Assembly: GCA_028821405.1 (NCBI GenBank)
Contig: JAPPGK010000117.1
Span: forward strand, 7,398-71,397
DNA: 64,000 nt
Source of the DNA: Gammaproteobacteria bacterium
GTDB lineage: Bacteria; Pseudomonadota; Gammaproteobacteria; Pseudomonadales; Azotimanducaceae
Direction of reading: 5' to 3'
Part shown: piece after piece, positions 28,169 to 38,249 of the stretch
Position numbering within the stretch: position 1 is the stretch's first letter
How the letters are laid out: each line of letters starts with the position of its first letter
Position numbers and translations under genes: made by a program
Notes under the pieces: generated by a model
Seen by the model: the letters and a program-made list of their open reading frames with translations, nothing else
The model's database searches: none
Told to the model about the DNA's origin: nothing

Positions 28169-29383
28169 TTGAGGCCAAGCATGGCCGCAGGGTCGCCCAG
28201 GATTCGGGCCGCGGGCCTGACGATCCCGTTGATCGCTTTCATCGGGGTGACGTTCATCGCGCCGCTCGGGACGTTGTTGACGCGTAGCGTCTACGACGCG
28301 GAAGTCGCCGAGATCCTGCCCGAGACCAGGGCGGTGCTCGCGGATTGGGACGGTCGCGGGACGCCTTCCGAGGCAACCTACGCGACGATCGGGATGGAAC
28401 TGCTGCGCGCCCGGGACGAACGCACGCTGGGACGCGCGGCGACGCGCATCAACCGGATTCAGAGCGGCCTGCGCAGCGTCGTGGTCAAGACGCCGCGCCG
28501 CCTTGGGCGCGATCTCGACACCGATCCGCCAAGTTCCTGGCGGGAAGCCCTGGTCGCCATCGACGACGCCTGGGCCGAGACCGCCACCTGGCGGGCGATC
28601 CGCGAGGCGGGACAGCCGTTCACGGCGCGCCACTTCCTGAACGCGGCAGACCTCGAAACGCGGCCGGACGGAAGCATCGGTGCCATGCCCGAGACGCGGC
28701 GCATCTACGTGCCGCTTTATCTCCGGACGCTCTGGGTAAGCCTCGGCGTCACCGCGCTGTGTCTCGTGATCGGCTATCCCATCGCCCATGCCATCGCCCA
28801 TGCGGGATCGCGCTGGTCGACCACGTTGCTGGTGCTGGTGCTCGTGCCCTTCTGGACGTCGCTCCTGGTGCGCACCACGGCCTGGATCGTGCTGCTTCAG
28901 AACCAGGGCGTCGTCAACGACATCCTGGTGGCGCTCGGTATCGTCGCCGACAACGAACGCATCGCCATGATCTACAACATGACCGGCACCTTCGTCGCCA
29001 TGACCCACGTGCTGCTGCCGTTCATGGTGCTGCCGCTGTATTCGGTGATGCGTTCGATCCCCGCGCGCCATATGGACGCAGCAGCTTCCCTCGGCGCCAC
29101 GCCGATGCAGGCGTTCCGCAGGGTCTACTGGCCGCAGACGCTGCCGGGCGTCGGGGCGGGCTCGCTGCTGGTATTCATCCTGGCGATCGGCTACTACATC
29201 ACCCCGGCGCTGGTGGGCGGCCAGAGTGGACAGTTGATCTCCAACATGATCGCCTACCACATGCAGACATCCCTGAACTGGGGCCTGGCGGCGGCGCTGG
29301 CGGCGATCCTGCTGCTGGCGGTGATCGGGCTCTACGTGCTCTACGACCGCGTCGTCGGCATCGACCGGATGCGGCTCGGATGA
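28169..29383 (+). CDS. ABC transporter permease, PotB-like, with long N-terminal periplasmic extension
   Basis: 404 aa. The C-terminal half has the binding-protein-dependent permease EAA loop (AASLGATPMQAFRRVYWPQTLPG). Confidence 0.85.
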   Translation: MRPSMAAGSPRIRAAGLTIPLIAFIGVTFIAPLGTLLTRSVYDAEVAEILPETRAVLADWDGRGTPSEATYATIGMELLRARDERTLGRAATRINRIQSGLRSVVVKTPRRLGRDLDTDPPSSWREALVAIDDAWAETATWRAIREAGQPFTARHFLNAADLETRPDGSIGAMPETRRIYVPLYLRTLWVSLGVTALCLVIGYPIAHAIAHAGSRWSTTLLVLVLVPFWTSLLVRTTAWIVLLQNQGVVNDILVALGIVADNERIAMIYNMTGTFVAMTHVLLPFMVLPLYSVMRSIPARHMDAAASLGATPMQAFRRVYWPQTLPGVGAGSLLVFILAIGYYITPALVGGQSGQLISNMIAYHMQTSLNWGLAAALAAILLLAVIGLYVLYDRVVGIDRMRLG

Positions 29384-30216
29384 CGACGGCGACGACATTC
29401 GCCGGCAGGAGGCTGGGGCGCTACGCCTACGTCGGCTTCTGCGCCTGCGCGTTCGTTTTCCTGGTTGCGCCGATCCTGGTGATCGTGCCGTTGAGCTTCA
29501 ACGCCGAGCCCTACTTCACGTTCACCGAGGGCATGCTTCGGCTCGATGCGGACGCCTGGTCCTTACGGTGGTACCGCAGCATCGTCGAGGACGAACAATG
29601 GGGGCGGGCGCTCGTCAACAGCATGATCATCGGCGTGGCCGCCACGGTGCTCGCCACCACTCTTGGGACGGTCGCCGCCTTGGGCCTCGCGAACGCGGCC
29701 ATGCCCGCGCGACGGCTGGCCATGGGCATTCTCATCTCCCCGATGATCACGCCGGTCATCATCGTCGCCGTGGGCGTGTTCTTCTTCTACTCCAAGCTCG
29801 GCCTCGCCCAGACCCACTTGGGGTTGATTCTTGCCCATGCCGCCCTCGGCGCACCGTTCGTGGTGATCACCGTCACCGCGACGCTCGCCGGTTTCGATCA
29901 AACGTTGATGCGTGCGGCGGCGAGCCTTGGCGCGGGCCCGCTGACGAGGTTCCGGCGAGTTCAGTTGCCGCTGATTGCGCCTGGAGTCTTTTCTGGGGGC
30001 CTGTTCGCGTTCGCTGCGTCGTTCGACGAGGTGGTCGTGGTTCTTCTGATGGGCGGCTTGGAACAACGGACCATTCCGCGCCAGATGTGGTCGGGAATCC
30101 GGGAGCAGATCAGCCCGACGATTCTCGCCGTCGCGACGCTCCTGATCATCTTCGCGGTGCTGGTGCTGTTCACCGTCGAGTGGCTGCGGCGGCGGTCGAG
30201 CGAAGTCTCCCCGTAA
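29380..30216 (+). CDS. ABC transporter permease, PotC-like
   Basis: ATG 29380 overlaps the upstream stop (ATGA). EAA loop AASLGAGPLTRFRRVQLPLIAPG. The track shows it fused in frame to a spurious 28345.. ORF. Confidence 0.85.
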   Translation: MTTATTFAGRRLGRYAYVGFCACAFVFLVAPILVIVPLSFNAEPYFTFTEGMLRLDADAWSLRWYRSIVEDEQWGRALVNSMIIGVAATVLATTLGTVAALGLANAAMPARRLAMGILISPMITPVIIVAVGVFFFYSKLGLAQTHLGLILAHAALGAPFVVITVTATLAGFDQTLMRAAASLGAGPLTRFRRVQLPLIAPGVFSGGLFAFAASFDEVVVVLLMGGLEQRTIPRQMWSGIREQISPTILAVATLLIIFAVLVLFTVEWLRRRSSEVSP

Positions 30217-30520
30217 ACAATCGTCGTCGTCCGCCGGGAGTATCAACGGTCTATAACCGTAACGCCTCGCAATGGGCAGACAAACTCCGATCCCAGGCCC
30301 GAAATGTCGCCGGAACACTTCGGACGGTTTGGGTTGACGCTCGGCATCACGCCGTTTCTCTCTGGTTCGGTTCGCGAAGACTCCCCCTCGTTGCCCAACG
30401 CTGACCCGGCGGTTGCACGGAACCAGCTTCTCCGCCAAATCTACCCATTACCTTGCGCGAACGCGAGCCATCAAGGCCTATAGGCCTATACTCGTTCAGC
30501 GTTTCCCACAGGGGTCTGGG

Positions 30521-32284
30521 ATGGTTGGACGGTCTTGCGCGATGGGCGCGTTTCTAGCTGCCGGCGTAACTGCAAGTGTGGCCTTCGGCGGCGAAGGGGA
30601 AACCTCAAGCTTCGTCCCGGTCACCGACGCCATGCTTGCCGACCCGCCGGCCGAGGATTGGCTCACTTGGCGGCGCACCAACGACGCCTGGGGCTACAGC
30701 CCGCTCGACGAGATCACCACCGAGAACGTCGCCAAGCTCGAACAGGTGTGGACGCGGCCCCTGCGCCGGGGTAGCCAGACCGCAACGCCGTTGGTCTACG
30801 ACGGCGTGATGTACATGCCGAACCCCAACGACGTGATCCAGGCGTTGGACGCGGTTACCGGCGAGGTGATTTGGGAACACGAGCGCGAAACGCCGGAGGC
30901 GGCCCGCAGGATGGGCGGCCTACTCGGCAGCAACAACCGCAACATCGCGATCTACGGCAACCTGATCATCGACACCAGCGTCGACCTCCACCTGTTCGCC
31001 CTCGATGCCGAGACCGGCGAGTTGGCCTGGGAGACCCCGGTTCTTGACTATACGAAGGACCGCGCCATCCAGGGCGCCGGGCCGATCATCGCCAACGGCA
31101 AGGCCGTTTCCGGGCGAAGCTGCCTGCCGTACGGCGGACCCCACGCCTGCGTCATCGTGGCCCTCGATGCCATGACGGGCAAGGAGGTCTGGCGGCGGCG
31201 GTTGATCCCGGCGGCCGGCGAGCACGGCGACGAGTCCTGGGGCGATATGCCGTTCGAAGCGCGCAGCCACGTCGGCTCCTGGATGGTGCCGAGCTACGAC
31301 CCCGAACTCGATCTGGTCTTCGTGGGTACGTCGGTGACCGCGCCGACCCCCAAGTTCCTGCTGCAGGGGTCGGACAAGGAATACCTCTACCACAACTCCA
31401 CCCTGGCGCTGGACGGCGACACGGGCGAAATCCGCTGGTACTACCAGCACCTTGTCGACCATTGGGATCTGGATCATCCGTTCGAGCGAATGCTGCTCGA
31501 CACCGCGGTTGCGCCGGATTCCGAGGACGTGCTGTGGATCAACCCCGGCATCAAGCCGGGCGAGAACCGCAAAGTCATGACCGGCATCCCCGGCAAGACG
31601 GCCTTGATCTATACCTTGGACCGGGAGACCGGGGAGTTCCTCTGGGCCAGGCCGACGGTCGAGCAGAACGTCGTCGCCGACATCGACGGCGCGACCGGCA
31701 AGGTGACCGGGGAAGGCGATTCCATTCCGACCGAAATGGGGCAGACGCTCAACATCTGCCCGTCCATGCACGGCGGCAAGGATTGGGAGGCGGGCGCCTA
31801 CAGCCCCTTGACCCACACGATGTACTTCCCGCTCCGCAACGCCTGCATGCCGACCTTGATCACCACCGACCGCGATGCGTCCCATTCCTACTACGCGCTC
31901 AACGTCGGGTTCGAACTCTCGCCGGGCAAGACGGACCTCGGCACGATCTACGCGGTCTCGGCGGAAACCGGAGCCACGACATGGCTCTACGAGCAGCGGG
32001 CGTCGACGACATCGGTGGTCGCGACGGGTGGCGGGTTGCTCTTCTTTGGCGACACCGGCGGCGGATTCATGGCGCTCGACCAGGAGAACGGCGAGGTGCT
32101 GTGGCGCGTGGAACTCGGTTCTCCCGTCACCGGGTTCCCGATTACCTACGCGGTGGACGGGCGGCAGTACGTGGCGGTGAGCACCGGGTTCTCGGCAACC
32201 ACCGGGAGCTTTCTCCGGATGACGCCGGAGATTAAGCCGAGCTTCGGGAACAACCTGTACGTATTCGCGTTGCCGGAGTCTTAG
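30521..32284 (+). CDS. PQQ-dependent dehydrogenase (quinoprotein alcohol/methanol dehydrogenase family beta-propeller)
   Basis: Signal peptide from ATG 30521. DWLTWRRTNDAWGYSPLDEIT...ATPLVYDGVMYMP...ALDAVTGEVIWE, with repeated W-motif propeller blades throughout. Confidence 0.85.
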   Translation: MVGRSCAMGAFLAAGVTASVAFGGEGETSSFVPVTDAMLADPPAEDWLTWRRTNDAWGYSPLDEITTENVAKLEQVWTRPLRRGSQTATPLVYDGVMYMPNPNDVIQALDAVTGEVIWEHERETPEAARRMGGLLGSNNRNIAIYGNLIIDTSVDLHLFALDAETGELAWETPVLDYTKDRAIQGAGPIIANGKAVSGRSCLPYGGPHACVIVALDAMTGKEVWRRRLIPAAGEHGDESWGDMPFEARSHVGSWMVPSYDPELDLVFVGTSVTAPTPKFLLQGSDKEYLYHNSTLALDGDTGEIRWYYQHLVDHWDLDHPFERMLLDTAVAPDSEDVLWINPGIKPGENRKVMTGIPGKTALIYTLDRETGEFLWARPTVEQNVVADIDGATGKVTGEGDSIPTEMGQTLNICPSMHGGKDWEAGAYSPLTHTMYFPLRNACMPTLITTDRDASHSYYALNVGFELSPGKTDLGTIYAVSAETGATTWLYEQRASTTSVVATGGGLLFFGDTGGGFMALDQENGEVLWRVELGSPVTGFPITYAVDGRQYVAVSTGFSATTGSFLRMTPEIKPSFGNNLYVFALPES

Positions 32285-32582
32285 ACACGCGGTCAGGTCG
32301 GGTAGTAGCGGCGCCCGCGAGTTCGACCTTCGGCCCGCGCCAAACCTGCCCGCACCAAGTCCTGGAGCAACTCGCGGGTAGTATTCATCGACGCGTCGAT
32401 CAGTCGGGGCGGCTTCGACGGCCGTGACCCGCCCGCATTGCATCGAGCAGCACTTTACGGCAACCAACAGGAGCCCAAGATAACCCGATCTTTCGCCAAG
32501 CAGGAGCGAAGTCCTTATTTTGGGGAAAGATTCCACTATCTTTGGCCACGACTTCTCGGCGACACCCGGCCCAGGTGACCCT

Positions 32583-32690
32583 TTACCGGTTGAGCGCGTC
32601 GCCCTGGACGACGACCACCGCGGAAGCCCGACCCCGAGCCGTTGGCTCCAGCAATCCGGCCCAACAGACATCGGCCCGCGAGATCACCAT
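32583..32690 (-). pseudogene. N-terminal relic (34 codons) of a MazF/PemK-family toxin gene
   Basis: MVISRADVCWAGLLEPTARGRASAVVVVQGDALNR* resembles the MazF N-terminus pattern (RGDVWWADL.P..G.E....RPVVVVQSDAFN) and then stops. No continuation in any frame. Its ATG overlaps the stop of the AAA ATPase gene. Confidence 0.45.
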
Positions 32691-33931
32691 TCGGTGTCGG
32701 CAAGCACCCGCTTGCCAGCGGCGGCGAGGAAGGCGTCTTCGTTTTCTTCGACATCGCCTTGGGCACCGGCCAGCCACGACATCATCCTAGGCAGCGTCTT
32801 CGCTCGGATCCCTCGGCCGACGGGATAGTCCTCCTGATCCGCCGTGCCGCTGTGAACCACGAACTTCCGATCGGGCCGCAGATCTTCGCAGGCGCTGTAG
32901 AACCCCTTCGAGACCTTGGGCGCGGCGCCCCGCTTGATCTCGATGGCCCACAGCTCACCGCTGCCCGATTCCACGACCAGATCGATCTCAGCACCTCCCG
33001 ATGTTCGGTAGAACCCCCAAGCCGCCCGTCGAGGCAGCGCACTGATGATGTTCTCGATGACGAACCCCTCCCAACTGACGGCAACGACAGGATGCCCGAA
33101 CAAGGCGTCGATGGTCTCGATGCCGAGCAAGGCGTGGCAGATGCCGCTATCCCGGATGTAGACCTTCGGCGCCTTGACCAGACGTCGACCCAAATTCGAC
33201 GTCCAAGGCTGAAGTCGTCGAACCAGCAGGAGGTCGACCAAGAGGTCGAGATACCGCGCGATGGTCACACCGTTGACGTCGAGTCCCCTAGCCAGGGCTG
33301 CGGCGTTGTGCAACTGGCCTTGGTTGTGGGCCAACATGGTCCAGAAACGGCGCAGCGTTTCGGCCGGAATGCGTGGCCCGAACTGCGGTATGTCCCGTTC
33401 CAAGTAGCTGCGGATGAAGTCCATGCGCCAATCGAGGCTCGCGGCGTCGGTTTCGGCGAGAAAGCTGTCCGGAAAGCCGCCGCGGGACCACAGTGTGCGA
33501 AGTTCTCCGGCGTCGACTTCCTGCACGGCAAGCGGTTGCAGTTCGCGGAGCGCGACTCGCCCGGCGAGGGATTCGCTGGATTGTTTCAGAAGGTCCTGCG
33601 ACGCTGATCCCAGCAGAAGGAACAACCCAGTCCGCCGGCCCGAGCGGCGGCGCTCGTCGATGATGCTTCTCAGCGGCGCGAACAGGCCCGGCATGCGGTG
33701 CACCTCATCGAAAACCAGCAGCTTGTCGGACTGTTCCTCGCAGTACTCCTCGATGTCCCCAATCATCGCGAGGTGGCTCGGTCGCTCCAAGTCGAGATAG
33801 ACGGCGTCGCGTTCCTCCGAGATCTCCCGGGCGAGCGTCGTCTTGCCGACCTGGCGCGGCCCGGTGAGCACAACGGCTGGGTTGGCGTCCAGGAGGCGGT
33901 GGAGCGTCTGCTTCAGGCTTCGGTCAATCAT
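32684..33931 (-). CDS. AAA ATPase with C-terminal DUF4143 domain (AAA_14 family)
   Basis: 415 aa. VVLTGPRQVGKTTLA (Walker A), LLVFDEVHRMP (Walker B), GRV...L.PL and GGFPDSFL motifs typical of AAA_14/DUF4143 proteins. Confidence 0.85.
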   Translation of the reverse strand: MIDRSLKQTLHRLLDANPAVVLTGPRQVGKTTLAREISEERDAVYLDLERPSHLAMIGDIEEYCEEQSDKLLVFDEVHRMPGLFAPLRSIIDERRRSGRRTGLFLLLGSASQDLLKQSSESLAGRVALRELQPLAVQEVDAGELRTLWSRGGFPDSFLAETDAASLDWRMDFIRSYLERDIPQFGPRIPAETLRRFWTMLAHNQGQLHNAAALARGLDVNGVTIARYLDLLVDLLLVRRLQPWTSNLGRRLVKAPKVYIRDSGICHALLGIETIDALFGHPVVAVSWEGFVIENIISALPRRAAWGFYRTSGGAEIDLVVESGSGELWAIEIKRGAAPKVSKGFYSACEDLRPDRKFVVHSGTADQEDYPVGRGIRAKTLPRMMSWLAGAQGDVEENEDAFLAAAGKRVLADTEW

Positions 33932-33933
33932 CC

Positions 33934-33966
33934 ATGTAAATATATCTCAACGTGTTACATTTACAT
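33934..33966. promoter_or_regulatory. AT-rich inverted repeat immediately upstream of the DUF4143 ATPase start codon
   Basis: ATGTAAAT-N17-ATTTACAT. Perfect 8-bp arms in a locally very AT-rich stretch of a high-GC genome. The right arm overlaps the cytochrome c stop codon. Confidence 0.5.
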
Positions 33967-34479
33967 AGTTTCAGACGGCTGAATCTCGATTGTGCCAAGA
34001 ACCTCCCGATCCGTTGACAGTTCGTCCTTTCCGGTCGGGTACCCCATCTCCGACAGCAGGTAGGCGACGAGGTCGGCGTAGGTCTCTTCGCTCAAGCTTC
34101 CCGGTGCGCTTTGGGGCATCGTGTTGCGCATGCCCACGAAGTAGTCGTAGAGCTTCTTGTCCTTCCAGCGGAACGCAAAAGCGATGCCGACGAGGGAGGG
34201 CGTCATCTGCTGATCGCCGCGGAGATCCTCCTTGTGGCATTCGACGCACTGCTCGAGATAGACGGTCTTGCCGCGCGCCGCCTGGGCTTCGGTGTAGACC
34301 CCGTCGCGCACCGAACGCGCCGGCGGTTTCAGAGGCTCTTCTTCGGAACCGAATCCCGCAGCGGCCAGCCAAGCAGCGGCCACGAGGATGACCAGGACGA
34401 ACGGGACGGGACAAGCCCGTCCCCTACAGTTCGTGTTCCCTGCACGTCCGGAGCCGGGCTCAAGAGTCGGAACTTCCAC
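33961..34479 (-). CDS. c-type cytochrome (single haem, secreted)
   Basis: 172 aa. Hydrophobic signal/anchor and a CVECH haem-binding motif (CxxCH). Met-rich distal region (RNTMPQSAPGS). Confidence 0.8.
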   Translation of the reverse strand: MEVPTLEPGSGRAGNTNCRGRACPVPFVLVILVAAAWLAAAGFGSEEEPLKPPARSVRDGVYTEAQAARGKTVYLEQCVECHKEDLRGDQQMTPSLVGIAFAFRWKDKKLYDYFVGMRNTMPQSAPGSLSEETYADLVAYLLSEMGYPTGKDELSTDREVLGTIEIQPSETM

Positions 34480-34480
34480 G

Positions 34481-34708
34481 CTACAGCCGGCGGTAGTCGT
34501 AGCTGCCCTTGATCATCGTGTTCACGAATCCACCCTTGGACTCGGCGCGCATCAGTTCGTCGAAGACCGACGACGGGACGTCGTAATAGACATAGGCTTT
34601 GCCGGAACCGATGAATCGCAGGTAGAGCCTTCGGGTCTCGTGGTCGTAACTCACGGTTTCAATGCTGGACGACTCGACGCGCCGAATGGCGGGAAACGAC
34701 TCGACCAC
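34481..34708 (-). CDS. KTSC domain-containing protein
   Basis: 75 aa. SSSIETVSYDHETRRLYLRFIGSGKAYVYYDVPSSVFDELMRAESKGGF matches the KTSC domain pattern. Confidence 0.8.
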   Translation of the reverse strand: MVESFPAIRRVESSSIETVSYDHETRRLYLRFIGSGKAYVYYDVPSSVFDELMRAESKGGFVNTMIKGSYDYRRL

Positions 34709-34711
34709 CGC

Positions 34712-35377
34712 TCAGTCGCCGAAGGGAGAGCCATCGAAGGCATCGACCGTGGCGAAGGCTGCCACCGGATTGCGGCGCAGACGCGTGAGTTGCTTGACCG
34801 GCTTGCCGATGGGGAGCATGGCGGTCAGCGCGTGGTTCTCCGGGATGCTGAACAGCGCCTTGGCCTTGGCTTCCTCGGCGGCCAAGAACGTGGTCAGTGT
34901 GCCGCCGAGCCCTTCGTTGCGCGCCGCCAGCAGGATGTTCCAGACGAAGGGATAGATGGAAGCTCCGGAGATGACGCCGATGCGCGGCAGGTGCTGGTCC
35001 ATGGACGCGACGACGGCGAGGTCGACGGTCACCAGCAACAGCACCGGCGCATGGATCAGCCGGTCGATGAACCCGGGGGGAATCGCGACGGCGTCGATGT
35101 CGGCTTGGCTGACCTTGGCGGGAGCAATCGTGTTCCAGGGATTAGCACCCGCCCTGACCTCCGCCAGGTAGCGTCTGTAGGTCGGTTCGATGAGCGGCCC
35201 CAAGGCAGCGCGTTTGGCGAGGTCGCGGACGACGATGACGCGCCAGCCCTGCCGGTTGCCGCCGCTAGGGGCGAAGCGGGCATTGTCGAGGATCGCCTCG
35301 AGCACGTCGTCTGGCACCGGATCAGCCGTGAAATCCCGGGCCGCGAACGCGGTGCGCATGACATCGAAGAGTTCCAT
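34712..35377 (-). CDS. Nitroreductase-family protein
   Basis: From ATG 35377: MELFDVMRTAFAARDFTADPVPDDVLEAILDNARFAPSGGNRQGWRVIVV is the classical nitroreductase N-terminus. The track ORF extends to 35473. Confidence 0.85.
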   Translation of the reverse strand: MELFDVMRTAFAARDFTADPVPDDVLEAILDNARFAPSGGNRQGWRVIVVRDLAKRAALGPLIEPTYRRYLAEVRAGANPWNTIAPAKVSQADIDAVAIPPGFIDRLIHAPVLLLVTVDLAVVASMDQHLPRIGVISGASIYPFVWNILLAARNEGLGGTLTTFLAAEEAKAKALFSIPENHALTAMLPIGKPVKQLTRLRRNPVAAFATVDAFDGSPFGD

Positions 35378-35388
35378 TGCCTCGGCTC

Positions 35389-36888
35389 CTAGTGTGGCGG
35401 CGCCACGGCTTCCTGCTCGGGGTAAAGCTCGTCCAACGGCACGGATTTTCCGTCGTCCTGCACGATGCGGCAATGGAACCGTCTCAAGCGACGCGGTTCC
35501 GGCACGCCGCAGGAGTGGGCGATGACGCCGACCTCCTTGCGGATCGACAGCGCGTAGCGGGCGACTCGCTCCGCCTTGTCAACCGGGTCGAGACCTCGCT
35601 GCAGCCTGGGATTATGGGTCGTGACCCCCGTGGGGCAGGTGTTCTTGTTGCACTGCAACGCCTGGATGCAGCCCAGCGCGAACATGAAGCCCCGGGCCGA
35701 GGCCACGAAGTCCGCGCCCGCGCAGAGCGCCCAGGCCACCGGCCCGGGCAGAACCATCTTGCCGCTCGCGATCACCTTGATGCGCTCGCGCAAGCCGTGC
35801 TTCGTCAGCAGGTCCACGACCAGCGGCAGGCTCTCCTTGATCGGCAGTCCCATGTAGTCGATGAGGCTCATGGGCGCGGCGCCCGAACCGCCGTCCGCGC
35901 TGTCCACGGTGATGAAGTCCGGCGCGCTCTCGATGCCCCGTCGGTGAATTTCCTCACACAGTTTGTCGAGCCATTCGTAGGTGCCGATGACCGTCTTGAA
36001 CCCGGTCGGCTTGCCGGTCGCCCGCCGTACCCGACCGATCATGTCGAGGAGATCCGCCTCGGAGTTGATCTCCGGGTGGCGGTTGGGACTGATGGAGTCC
36101 TCGCCCGGATCGATGAGCCGAATGGCCGCGACCTCGTCGGTCACCTTTGCACCAGGCAGGATTCCTCCCTTGCCGGGCTTGGCGCCCTGGGAGAGCTTGA
36201 TCTCGAACATCCGCACCTGCTCGTGCGCGGCGACAGCTTCGAGGCGCGCGTCCGAAAGTTCCCCGTCAGAATCCCGAACGCCGTATTTCGCGGTGCCGAA
36301 CTGGAACACGATGTCGGCGCCGCCTTCGAGGTGCGTGGGCGACAGGCCGCCTTCGCCGGTGTTGAGCCAGACACCGGCCATGCGCGCGCCGTTCGACAGG
36401 GCGGCGACCGCCGGTCGGGAGACCGCGCCGTAGCTCATGGCCGAAACGTGGAAAACGGACGACGTCGTGTAGGGCTTCTCGCAATACGGCCCGATGGTCA
36501 CGTCGGTCGTATCCACCGCATCCTGTTCCAGGGTCGGGTAGGGACAGTTGACGAAGATCACCGAGCCGACGGGACGCATGTCCCGGGTGGAGCCGAATGC
36601 GACCATGGTGTCCTCGCCCTTGGCGGCCCGGTAGACCCAGGAGCGCTCCGCCCGGTTGAACGGCATCTCCTCCCGATCCATGGCGAAGAAGTACTGCCGG
36701 AAGAACTCGCCGAGGCGCTCGAAGAGATAGCGGAAACGCCCGATGACCGGGAAGTTGCGCCGCACCGCCTGCCGGGTCTGGGTGCGGTCGATGACGTAGA
36801 GGACGGCGACGACGAGGACGCCGACACCGACGGCGAGCACGAACAGTTGGGCGAGGAAGTCGAGCAGGTACACGATGCGTTCCTCCAA
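35389..36888 (-). CDS. FMN-binding glutamate synthase-family protein (GltB domain-2-like, membrane anchored)
   Basis: 499 aa. N-terminal TM, then RRNFPVIGRFRYLFE...MSYGAVS...GEGG...KLSQGAKPGKGGILPG...DGGSGAAP motifs. Confidence 0.88.
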   Translation of the reverse strand: MEERIVYLLDFLAQLFVLAVGVGVLVVAVLYVIDRTQTRQAVRRNFPVIGRFRYLFERLGEFFRQYFFAMDREEMPFNRAERSWVYRAAKGEDTMVAFGSTRDMRPVGSVIFVNCPYPTLEQDAVDTTDVTIGPYCEKPYTTSSVFHVSAMSYGAVSRPAVAALSNGARMAGVWLNTGEGGLSPTHLEGGADIVFQFGTAKYGVRDSDGELSDARLEAVAAHEQVRMFEIKLSQGAKPGKGGILPGAKVTDEVAAIRLIDPGEDSISPNRHPEINSEADLLDMIGRVRRATGKPTGFKTVIGTYEWLDKLCEEIHRRGIESAPDFITVDSADGGSGAAPMSLIDYMGLPIKESLPLVVDLLTKHGLRERIKVIASGKMVLPGPVAWALCAGADFVASARGFMFALGCIQALQCNKNTCPTGVTTHNPRLQRGLDPVDKAERVARYALSIRKEVGVIAHSCGVPEPRRLRRFHCRIVQDDGKSVPLDELYPEQEAVAPPH

Positions 36889-36931
36889 GGGCTGGATCGC
36901 CTACGACTCTCTGACCGGCCTGCCTCGGTGA

Positions 36932-37402
36932 TTACTGCCGGCTTCGGTCCGCTAACAGCTCGAACGTTACCACCACGTCCCGAGCCACCGCTGACTCGAA
37001 CTGCGCTTCCGTTATCTCCTGTCCCCGTTTGACCACGATCCCGTGGTACGGGGCGTCGGCCGGGAACCGCCCGAGCGTCTCCCGGAGTACCGACGTCTTG
37101 TGTTCGGTGTCATCCGGTCGGGCGTGGGCCCGGGCCGCGACGCGACGCCCCGCCAACTGCAGCTCGACGTCGCGCGGTTCCAGGAAATTCGGCCACCACC
37201 CGGTCTCGCGACCGGTCAGGCACACCACGCGCGACTCGCCCTCGCGCAAGTACCGCACGGGTGTCGCGCGTCGCCTGCCCGTTTTGCGTCCCGTGAAGTA
37301 GATCACCATCACGCTGGGGCTCATCAGGCCGTGCAAGGGCGAGTTCAGGAGCAGTCGCATGACCCGGTTGATGACGGGAAAGAACGGCTCGGGTATGCGC
37401 AC
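36932..37402 (-). CDS. Deazaflavin-dependent nitroreductase/quinone reductase family protein (DUF385)
   Basis: 156 aa. VMVIYFTGRKTGRRRATPVRYL...GWWPNF pattern of the DUF385/F420H2-dependent reductase family. Confidence 0.75.
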   Translation of the reverse strand: MRIPEPFFPVINRVMRLLLNSPLHGLMSPSVMVIYFTGRKTGRRRATPVRYLREGESRVVCLTGRETGWWPNFLEPRDVELQLAGRRVAARAHARPDDTEHKTSVLRETLGRFPADAPYHGIVVKRGQEITEAQFESAVARDVVVTFELLADRSRQ

Positions 37403-37421
37403 TCGACCCCCCCTTACTCAA

Positions 37422-38249
37422 TCACAAGACATGGCTGCCAGCTCGCCGGCCCCACCACCATAGTTGGCCCATTACGACCTGTGCGCGTTTTGCCGGCACT
37501 ACCTCCAACGACATTCCACCAGTGATTCCCGACTCACCCAATGGCCGTGCGTCTTTCGTTCCGTCACCGCCGCGCCTATCCGCCCACGCCGGGCCGATTT
37601 CATCGAACACCCTTCCGGACGACGAATCCCGTACCAGCCAGACAGTTCCGTATGCATGAGGTCCGAAGGGTTGAAGCCTCAGCCAAACCCGATCAAGAAA
37701 CTGCCAAACAGGCAGGCCCGCATCATAGAGTTCTTCCCACTGCGCCCCGTTTGGACCCTGCAACGGTCTCGCATCCAACTGAACAACGGATGCCCTTACG
37801 TTCTCGATCGCTCGCTCTCGGACATCATCCAAGACCTTTAACGCGGTAGAACGCCGACACTTGCTCGAGATCTCCGGCATGTCGAAGCTGTGCAATAAGC
37901 CTTCGTCCGCGAGTGCAAGACTCAAGCTTCTTACAGCACTCGAGCTAATGTTTGCTGTCCCTTGGTGCATTGCACCCACAAAAGCCTCCACCGTCGTCGG
38001 TCCGAACTCGGAAGGCGGGTAGAACACCCAAGGGCGTTTCCACAGGAACACGAAAAAGGCCGACGCAATGCCGATTGCGAACAACAACATGAACGCGAGT
38101 ATTGACGCCTGTAACCAGTCAGAAGAGACGGCCACTGCGACCCCGCATCCTACCTCTACAAGGCCGCAAAAGAGGCCCACTATGTAGAGGGGGCTATTGG
38201 CGAACTTGCGCTTCGCTTTTGGTGTGGCCTGCGCTGGCTCCCCCGTCAT
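37422..38249 (-). CDS. Hypothetical membrane protein (2 N-terminal TM helices + about 200-aa soluble domain), low-GC cassette gene 4
   Basis: 275 aa. TM segments LYIVGLFCGLVEVGCGVAVAV and ILAFMLLFAIGIASAFFVFLW. ATGA overlap with the upstream gene. No family recognised. Confidence 0.6.
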   Translation of the reverse strand: MTGEPAQATPKAKRKFANSPLYIVGLFCGLVEVGCGVAVAVSSDWLQASILAFMLLFAIGIASAFFVFLWKRPWVFYPPSEFGPTTVEAFVGAMHQGTANISSSAVRSLSLALADEGLLHSFDMPEISSKCRRSTALKVLDDVRERAIENVRASVVQLDARPLQGPNGAQWEELYDAGLPVWQFLDRVWLRLQPFGPHAYGTVWLVRDSSSGRVFDEIGPAWADRRGGDGTKDARPLGESGITGGMSLEVVPAKRAQVVMGQLWWWGRRAGSHVL

